Source of the DNA: an uncultured Victivallales bacterium
Lineage (GTDB): Bacteria; Verrucomicrobiota; Lentisphaeria; Victivallales; CAZIVM01
Direction: 5' to 3'
DNA length: 49,420 nt
Assembly (NCBI GenBank): GCA_964542845.1
Contig: CAZIVM010000002.1
Location: 1-49,420, forward strand
Below are positions 31,708 through 40,879 of this stretch, piece after piece (position 1 is the stretch's first letter; every line of letters starts with the position of its first letter). The notes below the pieces were generated by a model. The model was not told the DNA's origin and did no database searches. It saw nothing but the letters and a program-made list of their open reading frames with translations. Position numbers and translations under genes: made by a program.

Positions 31708-32163
31708 TTAAATAGAGGGGGCTAAAGTGTGCGCGTCTCTTGGGTCATTGCCAAAACGATTTTTCCCTACATTACCGACAATAAATCCTAATATTATTGG
31801 AATTATAAATCCTCCCCAACACAGCGTTATTAAAGTGACGAACACTAAGAAAAACGCAGAAAATGTAGAGCATCCAATGTCGTGAAAACGACGCATCCCA
31901 ATCGCGAATGTCGGGAGAAAATAAAACATTCCTAATAAGAAGTTGGTGTAAAGTAACACTTCGCCTGAAAACATTCCCGTATAAAATCCATAAAGCATAA
32001 GGATGAAGTTAACAAAGAATACCGTGCATCCCATCCCGATAAAATAGACCCAATATTGTGCGCAGGAAGTCCTCCCTTTGAACGTGATGTATTTACGCGT
32101 TATTGCTTCGAGATAACTCGCAAAAAGTTGATAAATCACATCGCTAAAGGACCTCTCGTTCAT
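31708..32163 (-). CDS. DUF805 family inner membrane protein
   Basis: KYITFKGR...YW, LPTFAIGMRRFHDIG.S and GKNRFGNDP motifs. Confidence 0.88.
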   Translation of the reverse strand: MNERSFSDVIYQLFASYLEAITRKYITFKGRTSCAQYWVYFIGMGCTVFFVNFILMLYGFYTGMFSGEVLLYTNFLLGMFYFLPTFAIGMRRFHDIGCSTFSAFFLVFVTLITLCWGGFIIPIILGFIVGNVGKNRFGNDPRDAHTLAPSI

Positions 32164-32165
32164 GC

Positions 32166-32408
32166 TTATGAGGTGCGAGACGCGTTATCAAGGTAGGCGG
32201 GGCAGACGCGCTTTGCCCATTCATTGACCACTGGTGATAAAATGAACTCTTCAACTTCAGGGGTAGCTTCAATGGCAAATGCACAGTATGGACAAGTCAT
32301 AAACTCCTCAATATCAAAGGGTGAGAGCTTGTTTTTGCAATTCGGGCACTCTAAATATTTACGTTTAGATCCTTCAGTGTAAATGATTTTATATTTTTGG
32401 GGTTTCAT
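32166..32408 (-). CDS. Small zinc-ribbon protein
   Basis: CPNC-x14-CPYC; AGAAGG RBS; TTGTTT...TATATT promoter upstream; 2-nt gap to the DUF805 gene. Confidence 0.7.
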   Translation of the reverse strand: MKPQKYKIIYTEGSKRKYLECPNCKNKLSPFDIEEFMTCPYCAFAIEATPEVEEFILSPVVNEWAKRVCPAYLDNASRTS

Positions 32409-32573
32409 AGGTAACCTTCTTTCTGTTGATTCGCTAATAAACCCAATTTAATCACATGGATTAGCGACATTTCTATATAATAATATACGCTGTTTTTACA
32501 AAAAAAACAACTGGAAACCAAAAAAAAGTGAAAATTGACAGAAATCATCAAAATTATTGTATAACTTATATAG

Positions 32574-32607
32574 CCCTAATCAAACCCTAACAATTCGGGT
32601 GTAGATT
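32574..32607 (+). promoter_or_regulatory. Pho-box-like tandem direct repeat plus -10 element upstream of pstS
   Basis: CCCTAAT-caaa-CCCTAAC (7-4-7, 11-bp period, 32574-32591), then exactly 10 bp to TAGATT (32602-32607). Confidence 0.55.
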
Positions 32608-32668
32608 ATAGTTGTAGAAAGTAAAAATGGGCATGTCGCCCAATAAAAACAACCGAAAGGAAAAACAA

Positions 32669-33712
32669 ATGAAATTGATCAAACGCATGACATCGCTTGT
32701 GGTACTCGCCGTAAGTCTCAACGCATGGGCGGAAGGAAAAGATGACGCGTTAAACGGGGCAGGCGCCTCTTTCCCCGCACCTGCTTACACTCGCTGGATT
32801 TCAGACTACAACAAAAACACTGGAGTCAAACTTAACTATCAATCCGTAGGTTCCTCCGCAGGAATTCAACAAATTAAAGCTCGCACCGTCCATTTTGGCG
32901 CATCCGATGATCCGATGAACGATACGGAACTCAATCAAAATCAAATGATTCAATTTCCCACTTTGATTGGGGGCGTCGTGATCATTGCAAACATCCCCGG
33001 TGTAAAAGCGGGTGGCGTTACGTTAAATGGCGATGTTCTTGCAAAGATTTATGCGGGAAAGATTCAAAATTGGAATGATCGCAATATTCGTCGCTTAAAC
33101 AAAGAGATCACTTTGCCGAACTTGCCCATTCGTGTGGTTTATCGCGCCGATGGTTCTGGCACAACTGCTATCTTTACCGACTACCTTTGCAAAGCATCAA
33201 CCATGTGGAAAAAAGATTTGGGTTCGGGAAAATCGATTCGTTGGCCTGTGGGGGCTGGCGGACAAAAAAATCCGGGCGTTTTGAATTTGGTTTTGCAAAC
33301 CGAAGGGGGGATTGGTTATGTAGAATACGCTTATGCGATAGAACAAAATGCAACATGGTGTAAAATGCAAAACGTAGCAGGAAAAGTGGTTGCTCCGAAT
33401 GAAACAACATTTACAGCGGCTGCCGATGCTGCAGATTGGGATAATGCACCTAATTTCGCGGTCAATATGAACAATGTTAACTCCGAAAACGCTTGGCCGA
33501 TTGTGGGGGCAAGTTACGTGATGATCTATCGCACTCAACCCCAAGCAAATCAAGCGAAGAAGTTGCTCAACTTCTGGATATGGTGTCTTGAAAATGGGCA
33601 AAAATCAGCTGAGGAACTCAAATACATTCCGATGCCTCAATCCGTGGTTCAGCGCATTAAAGCCAAGTTGAAAAACGATGTTAAAGATGCGAACGGGAAC
33701 CCTATTCTATAA
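32669..33712 (+). CDS. pstS: Phosphate ABC transporter substrate-binding protein PstS
   Basis: Signal peptide; GAGASFPAP, YQSVGSSAG, FGASD, RADGSGTT, IGYVEYAYA and WPI motifs. Start placed at ATG 32669 after AAAGGA. Confidence 0.95.
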   Translation: MKLIKRMTSLVVLAVSLNAWAEGKDDALNGAGASFPAPAYTRWISDYNKNTGVKLNYQSVGSSAGIQQIKARTVHFGASDDPMNDTELNQNQMIQFPTLIGGVVIIANIPGVKAGGVTLNGDVLAKIYAGKIQNWNDRNIRRLNKEITLPNLPIRVVYRADGSGTTAIFTDYLCKASTMWKKDLGSGKSIRWPVGAGGQKNPGVLNLVLQTEGGIGYVEYAYAIEQNATWCKMQNVAGKVVAPNETTFTAAADAADWDNAPNFAVNMNNVNSENAWPIVGASYVMIYRTQPQANQAKKLLNFWIWCLENGQKSAEELKYIPMPQSVVQRIKAKLKNDVKDANGNPIL

Positions 33713-33730
33713 CCTAATATAGGAAACTTT

Positions 33731-35284
33731 ATGAAATTAAAATTACTTTTATCATTCCTTTGTTTTATCTGCATTTCAGTGATGGGGTTCGCCCAGACCA
33801 CAATTGTGGAACCTGAAGAATCGGTCGATAGTATGTGGGAGCGCGAACTTTTAGATCAACGTCGTTTTCTTGCACCGAGTTTGCCTTATACGAATGAAGC
33901 CTTAACCCCTCCTGTGAGCCGTGGTTGGATTCAACCCCAAGGCAAAGTGCGCGAAATCATCTTTAATGCGGATGATGACCAAAACTATATGACCGCTAAA
34001 CTCTATCACCTTAAACATATCCACGCCTGCGACATTGTCCCTTATGTTAACGGTGCGTTGGTCTCATTTGGTGTGGGAAAAGCGGAACGTTTGAACTATG
34101 GTCCAGAAAAAGAACAGTATCTCTCTGTGACCACTTCACGCAAAATGATTCCTTATATTGATCAGATGGTTCAAGCGTTGGATCGTGATGGAAAACGTGC
34201 AAGTTTTTCAGACCGTTTAGCGAATTATTCTCCGCAAAAAGAGCGTCGTATGACGATTGTCGATGGTACAGGAATGTTTAAACAAGTCTATTGGCCGCAA
34301 TATCGTCACCATAAATCGATGTCGGATGCGGTCCGCACGGTCGGGACGGTCTCTTCTGATGGTAAAATTTATTATGACAATAAACATGGTATTTTCTCTG
34401 TCAAAGATTCCATTTCAGATGCCCGCCGTACATTAGAGTTCTTGCGCTATTTGGATCGAAACCTCCCTCAGGTAGAGCTCACCATTCAAGTTTATGAAGT
34501 GAACGAACAACAAGCGCGTGAACTCGGTATCGATTGGGTTTCATGGAAGAATGGCCCTGCCTATCAAATGCCCTTGTTTGGAATTGGTGGGACAAGTTGG
34601 GATGGCGCATCTTCGGGTATTGAGTCGTTAATTGAAACCTCGAGCTGGGTTTATGGCGGTATCTTTTTTGCCCCTCAGTTTGATGCATCATTTCTCCGTT
34701 TGCTTGCTACAAAAAATAAAATCCGCACTAAAACAGCCGCACGCGTGGTGATTACAAATGGTCAACCCGCAACTGTAACTTTCGATCCAGGATTCCAAAA
34801 TATTCGTAAAACTGACAAAGATATTACAGGGGTCTATACGGGAGAGAGTCAAGGTTACAAATTCAATATTAGTAATCCTACCCTTTGTTTTGATGATCAA
34901 ACCAAAAAAGCAGTGAATGCCGAAAATATCATCTTTAACTATACGTTGGAAACTAACTCTGTTGCAGGGCGTACGAACACGGGTGCAGAATCCTTGAATA
35001 AAATGAAAACAGCCTCCGCGCTCACTTTAATGACAGGTGCTGAAAAGCCATTAACCGTTTATACCAATGAAGTGGATGTAGAGCAAGAGATGGGCTGGCC
35101 AATTCTTTGTGATATCCCTGGATTAAAATATGTTTTTGGTAATAAAAAACATGTAAAATCTACATATCGCTATTATGTCACCGTGACTGCACGTCCTGTA
35201 CATCTTGAGCAAAACCTTACTCCATGGGCTGAAGATGTCGTCAATGCAACAAATCCTATTGTTACTCAATCCAAAACGAAATGA
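33731..35284 (+). CDS. Secretin-like outer membrane protein A
   Basis: Signal peptide (GFA|Q); N-domain KLYHLKHIHA; LPQVELTIQVYEV...ELGIDW; NGQPATV; WPILCDIPGLKYVF secretin signature. Confidence 0.8.
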   Translation: MKLKLLLSFLCFICISVMGFAQTTIVEPEESVDSMWERELLDQRRFLAPSLPYTNEALTPPVSRGWIQPQGKVREIIFNADDDQNYMTAKLYHLKHIHACDIVPYVNGALVSFGVGKAERLNYGPEKEQYLSVTTSRKMIPYIDQMVQALDRDGKRASFSDRLANYSPQKERRMTIVDGTGMFKQVYWPQYRHHKSMSDAVRTVGTVSSDGKIYYDNKHGIFSVKDSISDARRTLEFLRYLDRNLPQVELTIQVYEVNEQQARELGIDWVSWKNGPAYQMPLFGIGGTSWDGASSGIESLIETSSWVYGGIFFAPQFDASFLRLLATKNKIRTKTAARVVITNGQPATVTFDPGFQNIRKTDKDITGVYTGESQGYKFNISNPTLCFDDQTKKAVNAENIIFNYTLETNSVAGRTNTGAESLNKMKTASALTLMTGAEKPLTVYTNEVDVEQEMGWPILCDIPGLKYVFGNKKHVKSTYRYYVTVTARPVHLEQNLTPWAEDVVNATNPIVTQSKTK

Positions 35285-37323
35285 GAAGAAATAAAATGAA
35301 AAAATATTTATTAACATTACTTTTATTATCAACGGCATCTTTACTTGTGGCGCACAGTCCGAGTGAAGAAGAGGTCGGTCCAGCGCAGGCGAAGGCATGG
35401 GAGAAAAACAATGTCCAAGCATGGTTGAAGGTTGATATTGATAAAGAGACGCGCGAAGTGAAGTTTACGCGTCGAAATAACGACCCCGAAATTTACACAA
35501 AGGTTTATTTACTCCAACACGCCAATCCGTATGAGATTCGCCCTTACATTCGTAGTGCGGTTCAAGATGCGACTCGTTCAGGATTCAAAACTGCAAAAGG
35601 TCAGAATCGTTGTCGTGTGGAGTGTATTCAATATAGTGATGGGGTTCATGCGTTGATTGTGTCGGCTGAGGACTACCGTTTTGAACGTACGAATCTTGGG
35701 ATGTCGATGGATGAACTTGTAAAACTCTTAGATATCCCCGGGATTGAGTCTTCATCAGGACAAAAATTCTATTGTTATTTTCCTAAGTATTGGAGCGCCA
35801 AAGAGTTGAATGACAGAATTAAAGAGGTCGGAATCCTCACCAATAGCGATAATGATGGAACGAATAACCCCACAGAGTTGATTGCAGGGAATGAGAAAAC
35901 AGGTGTTGATGCTGAATTGAACGCATTGCTCCTCTATATCAATCCAGGGCATATTCGTATTATGTCGCAACTCTTAGAACAATATGATCGTCCGATTCCC
36001 GAAGTGAGCGTCAAATATACGGTTTATGAAATTGATCTAGAGAACGATGCTAAATTAGGTGCCGATTTTCAATCATGGCGTAATGGAGATGGCTCACGTG
36101 CATTTTCTTTTGCGAGTCGTATGCGCGATGGATGGAATTATAATGGATCAGGGATTGCCACTAACCCAAACGCACGTGGAAGTGGCGTCGTTTCTAATAT
36201 CGGACTCTCCCCGAAATGGAACACGAAATATCTTGATTTTTTGAAGTCGCAAGGCGCTGCGAAGACTGTGACTTCGGGTTCTGTCGCTCTTCGAAATGAT
36301 CAAACCGCCTCTGTTTCTGCATCAAACTCTATTATTTATACAAAAGATGGCGAGAAATTAAATGATGAAGTGGTAGAATCGCTCGTGGAAGTGCAGAAAA
36401 GTTTTGTCACTGCCAAAGATCCTGTTTATAACATTACTAATACCGATGATGTCACGATGAAAGAGGGGCGTTATATGTTAGATATTAAGGACTTAGATGG
36501 CAATGGTGTTAAAGTGGTTAAAGGGGATGGTTCTACTTTAAGTGTTTGGAATGCGACTACAAAAAAAGATAATGCCCAATCTGGAATTATCACGATTACT
36601 AAAAACAGTTATAATGGAACGACACGTTATGCGTTAGTGGTTACGAGCGGTGATTTAGCCTTTAAATTGGATGATGGCACATTGGTGCGTTCATTTGATC
36701 AAGCGCAATCGGTCAAAGCGTATTCAAGCTACGTTAATGCATCGAATATATCGGGTCGTGAATCAATTGAGTTCAAAGAAGCCTCGCTCTCTTATACGGC
36801 AGGACTCACCATCTATCGTGATGTCCAACGCAAAACAACCAGTACAGCAGAACAATTTATGTTGAACCTTCGTGCAAGTGTTTCACAAAAAGCGACTGTT
36901 TTACAAGTGGGTTTACAGAATAATGGGACAATTGTTGGGTTTGGCGATGTGGGGGATCCTCGCGTGAATAAAAGTAGTTTTTCGACACAAGTTCATGTTC
37001 CGAATACAGGGGCTCAGTTTATGATTGGCGGAATTGAGAAAGTGACCAGTGAAAAATCAGTCGCAAAAGTCCCTTATTTAGGTGATATTCCTGTGCTAGG
37101 ATGGCTACTCTCTACCGAGAGCACTGCCACGCGTCGTTATCAAATGGTGACCGTTCTCGAAGTAACCACCTCATTACCTGATGCCGCGGTCTCTCTGGAA
37201 ATGAACAAAGAAATTGCACGCATCTCTGAAGCAATTATTAAACCCGGTGAAGAAAACTACAATTATGGTTTTGATCAATTTGGTTTAGATAAAGAAAAGG
37301 TATCGTTAGATCCCTTGCCTTAA
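35281..37323 (+). CDS. Secretin-like outer membrane protein B with a large insertion
   Basis: ATGA overlap with the upstream gene (alternative start at 35296); signal peptide; KVYLLQHANP; DRPIPEVSVKYTVYEI...KLGADF; NDQTASV; IGG; KVPYLGDIPVLGWL secretin signature. Confidence 0.85.
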   Translation: MRRNKMKKYLLTLLLLSTASLLVAHSPSEEEVGPAQAKAWEKNNVQAWLKVDIDKETREVKFTRRNNDPEIYTKVYLLQHANPYEIRPYIRSAVQDATRSGFKTAKGQNRCRVECIQYSDGVHALIVSAEDYRFERTNLGMSMDELVKLLDIPGIESSSGQKFYCYFPKYWSAKELNDRIKEVGILTNSDNDGTNNPTELIAGNEKTGVDAELNALLLYINPGHIRIMSQLLEQYDRPIPEVSVKYTVYEIDLENDAKLGADFQSWRNGDGSRAFSFASRMRDGWNYNGSGIATNPNARGSGVVSNIGLSPKWNTKYLDFLKSQGAAKTVTSGSVALRNDQTASVSASNSIIYTKDGEKLNDEVVESLVEVQKSFVTAKDPVYNITNTDDVTMKEGRYMLDIKDLDGNGVKVVKGDGSTLSVWNATTKKDNAQSGIITITKNSYNGTTRYALVVTSGDLAFKLDDGTLVRSFDQAQSVKAYSSYVNASNISGRESIEFKEASLSYTAGLTIYRDVQRKTTSTAEQFMLNLRASVSQKATVLQVGLQNNGTIVGFGDVGDPRVNKSSFSTQVHVPNTGAQFMIGGIEKVTSEKSVAKVPYLGDIPVLGWLLSTESTATRRYQMVTVLEVTTSLPDAAVSLEMNKEIARISEAIIKPGEENYNYGFDQFGLDKEKVSLDPLP

Positions 37324-37890
37324 AAAATAGTGTATGAACATCTTCTCCTCAAGGAGGGGATGAAGCGGGGCGGCGAGATGAGAACCATCTGAAATGATTA
37401 ATCCTTGAATATGATGTTTTTCTTGGGATAAAAAAGGTGTCATTTGAGACAGCGCGCACCATGAGAGTGGGGCGTGATTTTTTTTAGCAAAACTTTGAAA
37501 ATTTAAAAAAGTTTTTTCGGCAACTGAACCCTGACGCAAATCGTGATAAATCCATCGTGTCGGTTGATTTTGTGCTAAAGAACGTAATAATTCTAATGCG
37601 TTTGGAAACATTTTTTCATCATCAATAAGCGGGGGAGGGATGTAAGTGTTATTTCCTTTTATTTTGCGTATTGTTTCACACATTTCAAGGTAAATTTTCC
37701 CTCGAAAAATAAAGAACGCAATCCAAATAGTTTCGGAAGGAAGATATTGAATGTTCTCGGCAAACTGAGGCGTAACAACGCTTAAAAATTGAACATCTTT
37801 CGTTTGATAAAAAGATTGAACTTCTTGAATCACTTTTTGCGCCAACGTTTCTGAGGGCACCTGATGAATCAGTAGCCTAACACAACGCAT
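37306..37890 (-). CDS. Hypothetical protein, possibly a divergent CbiK/CbiX-type chelatase fold
   Basis: Starts 3 nt after the pmbA stop. Weak ordered motif resemblance: FFIFRGKIY, PPLI, WIYHD, GLIISDGSH. Confidence 0.5.
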   Translation of the reverse strand: MRCVRLLIHQVPSETLAQKVIQEVQSFYQTKDVQFLSVVTPQFAENIQYLPSETIWIAFFIFRGKIYLEMCETIRKIKGNNTYIPPPLIDDEKMFPNALELLRSLAQNQPTRWIYHDLRQGSVAEKTFLNFQSFAKKNHAPLSWCALSQMTPFLSQEKHHIQGLIISDGSHLAAPLHPLLEEKMFIHYFLRQGI

Positions 37891-37893
37891 CGT

Positions 37894-39249
37894 TTAACCA
37901 CTTACAGAAAGCGAGTCCACTAAAACCGACGGTAATTGTGTGCCACAAGGCAACATCTTCTCATCATCGCAAGCTAATAAAATATTTTCAAGCATTTTCC
38001 AGAAATTGCCTGATACAGTAAAAGGTTTTAATGAATAAGCACGTTCGCCATTCTCATAGAAAAATCCTTCCGACATCAAGGAAAAATCGCCTGAAATGGC
38101 ATTAATTCCAGCGTGGAGTCCTTGAAAACTATAAACATAAACCATTTGAGGATGATGTTTTGCAACTTCTGTAAGTGTCGATTTATCAGTAATTTGAACT
38201 AACCAGTTGGTTGATCCCACGCCGAGGGCAGATTGGGGTTCGCGTGCCGCACGAGCATTATTTTCCATTTGGAGTTCAGCAGCGGTCTGACTATTTTGTA
38301 AGTAGCATTGAAGTTCTCCATTTTGAATCAGCGTTACGGCATCACATGGGAATCCTTCTGAATCGAAATTGGATTTGCTGAGGGCGTTGGCTGGGCGAGG
38401 ATCGTCAATAATCGTGAGATTCTTCGATGCAATAATGGTTTTTAATTTCCCTTTGAGTGGAGAACGCCCTTCTAAAACTTGTTTTGCAGAGAATGCGCCT
38501 GTAAATGAACCGAGTAAATCGGCAAAAGCTTCTCTTGAAATTACCAGTTGCGTTGCGCCAGAGATTGGAAGCGGTTTGCTATCTAATAAGTCAACCGTTT
38601 CTTGTACGGCTTTTTCTACAACTTTTTCAGGTTCAATATCCCACGTTTTCCCCACCCATACATCGCCGCCCGTGCGTTTTTCATCGCCACTTTCAGCTAA
38701 GACATATAAATAGGCATTGGCAGAGTTGCTCGACTCCATACAATCTGTACCCGTAGAAGAGATAATGCGTACTGCACCACTGGAATAGCCTGCGCCCGAA
38801 TGTGGAATATTAATCACACGCGAATCTTTCGCACGCGCTAATTTTTCCATTTGTATCGATACATTTTTTAAATCATCAATCGTGATTTTCTCCAAGTCGT
38901 CCGCAAAGAACGTTTCGTTGTTTACGACTGGGGGAGGGGTTGCAATTTGTGCAAAGGGCTTGACTTCACAAATGCTCGCATTGGCAATCGCTTCTTTCAC
39001 CACTTCAATACAAGCCGTTTCATCAATACGCTCTGTAAATGCAATCCCTTCGCGTTGGTTCATGACAACACGAACGCCTAATCCACTACGACCTGCATGC
39101 TTAAATTGATCAAGTTCACCCTCAAAGGTTGTCACACTAATGGCTTTCCCTGTGGTAATCATGATTTCAATTTGTGCCCCCGCATTCTGCGCTTCAGAAA
39201 GAATACGCTGAATCAGGGGATCGTAAGATTTGAGACGTTCGGTTAACAT
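37894..39249 (-). CDS. pmbA: TldD/PmbA family protein, PmbA (TldE)-like
   Basis: GLGVRV, GRSPL.GK, LTIIDDP, FDSEG, GLHAG.N.ISGDFSL and VSG end; no HExxxH motif, which favours PmbA over TldD. Start placed at 39249. Confidence 0.85.
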   Translation of the reverse strand: MLTERLKSYDPLIQRILSEAQNAGAQIEIMITTGKAISVTTFEGELDQFKHAGRSGLGVRVVMNQREGIAFTERIDETACIEVVKEAIANASICEVKPFAQIATPPPVVNNETFFADDLEKITIDDLKNVSIQMEKLARAKDSRVINIPHSGAGYSSGAVRIISSTGTDCMESSNSANAYLYVLAESGDEKRTGGDVWVGKTWDIEPEKVVEKAVQETVDLLDSKPLPISGATQLVISREAFADLLGSFTGAFSAKQVLEGRSPLKGKLKTIIASKNLTIIDDPRPANALSKSNFDSEGFPCDAVTLIQNGELQCYLQNSQTAAELQMENNARAAREPQSALGVGSTNWLVQITDKSTLTEVAKHHPQMVYVYSFQGLHAGINAISGDFSLMSEGFFYENGERAYSLKPFTVSGNFWKMLENILLACDDEKMLPCGTQLPSVLVDSLSVSG

Positions 39250-39253
39250 GGGC

Positions 39254-40546
<1,293 letters not shown>

Positions 40547-40576
40547 TTATAGTTAAATACAGTGATTTTGAGAGAT

Positions 40577-40630
40577 TCTACCAACTGTGAGGCACTCACG
40601 GCAGACTGTCGCCACCCGCCCGCTAGTAGA
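40577..40630 (-). ncRNA. Candidate structured cis-regulatory leader RNA of purA (three-way junction)
   Basis: P1 UCUACUAGC/GUUGGUAGA; P2 GGCGGG-UG(GCGA)CA-G-UCUGCC; P3 GUGAG(UGC)CUCAC. GC-rich island in AT-rich DNA, starting just downstream of a TGn-TATATT -10 element. Confidence 0.5.
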
Positions 40631-40832
40631 TATATAATATAGCACTAGAATTGAAAAAAACAAGTTGTTTCAGCAAAAACAAGTTATAATTCCTATTTAG
40701 AGTTATATCGTAGGTTTAAGTTGAAGTGTAATGTTCAACTTGAAAAAAGGGCACGCGTAAAATTTCGCATATTAACCAAATAACGTCAATAATCAAGAAA
40801 GTAATTCTATTTGTGTTTGTTGCATTTAAAAC

Positions 40833-40860
40833 AAAAAAAGGCGAGGAATAATCCTCGCCC
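40833..40860 (-). terminator. Intrinsic terminator of the giant protein gene
   Basis: GGCGAGGA-ttat-TCCTCGCC stem followed by T7 on the minus strand, about 20 nt after the stop. Confidence 0.88.
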
Positions 40861-40879
40861 AAAGTTAACATTACTTTAA

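Noticed and set aside
30379-32408. Prophage call around the portal gene
   Set aside because: No other phage structural, packaging, integrase or transposase genes and no att-like repeats were seen; the neighbours are ordinary host genes.
32669-37323. Calling the locus a complete T2SS/type IV pilus cluster or a complete pstSCAB operon
   Set aside because: No ATPase, inner-membrane platform, pilin or PstC/A/B genes are present, so gspD/pilQ symbols were withheld.
40577-40630. Assignment as a canonical purine riboswitch or a tRNA
   Set aside because: It lacks the long conserved junction strands and kissing loops of the purine aptamer on the purA strand, and is too short for a tRNA, with no T-loop or cloverleaf.
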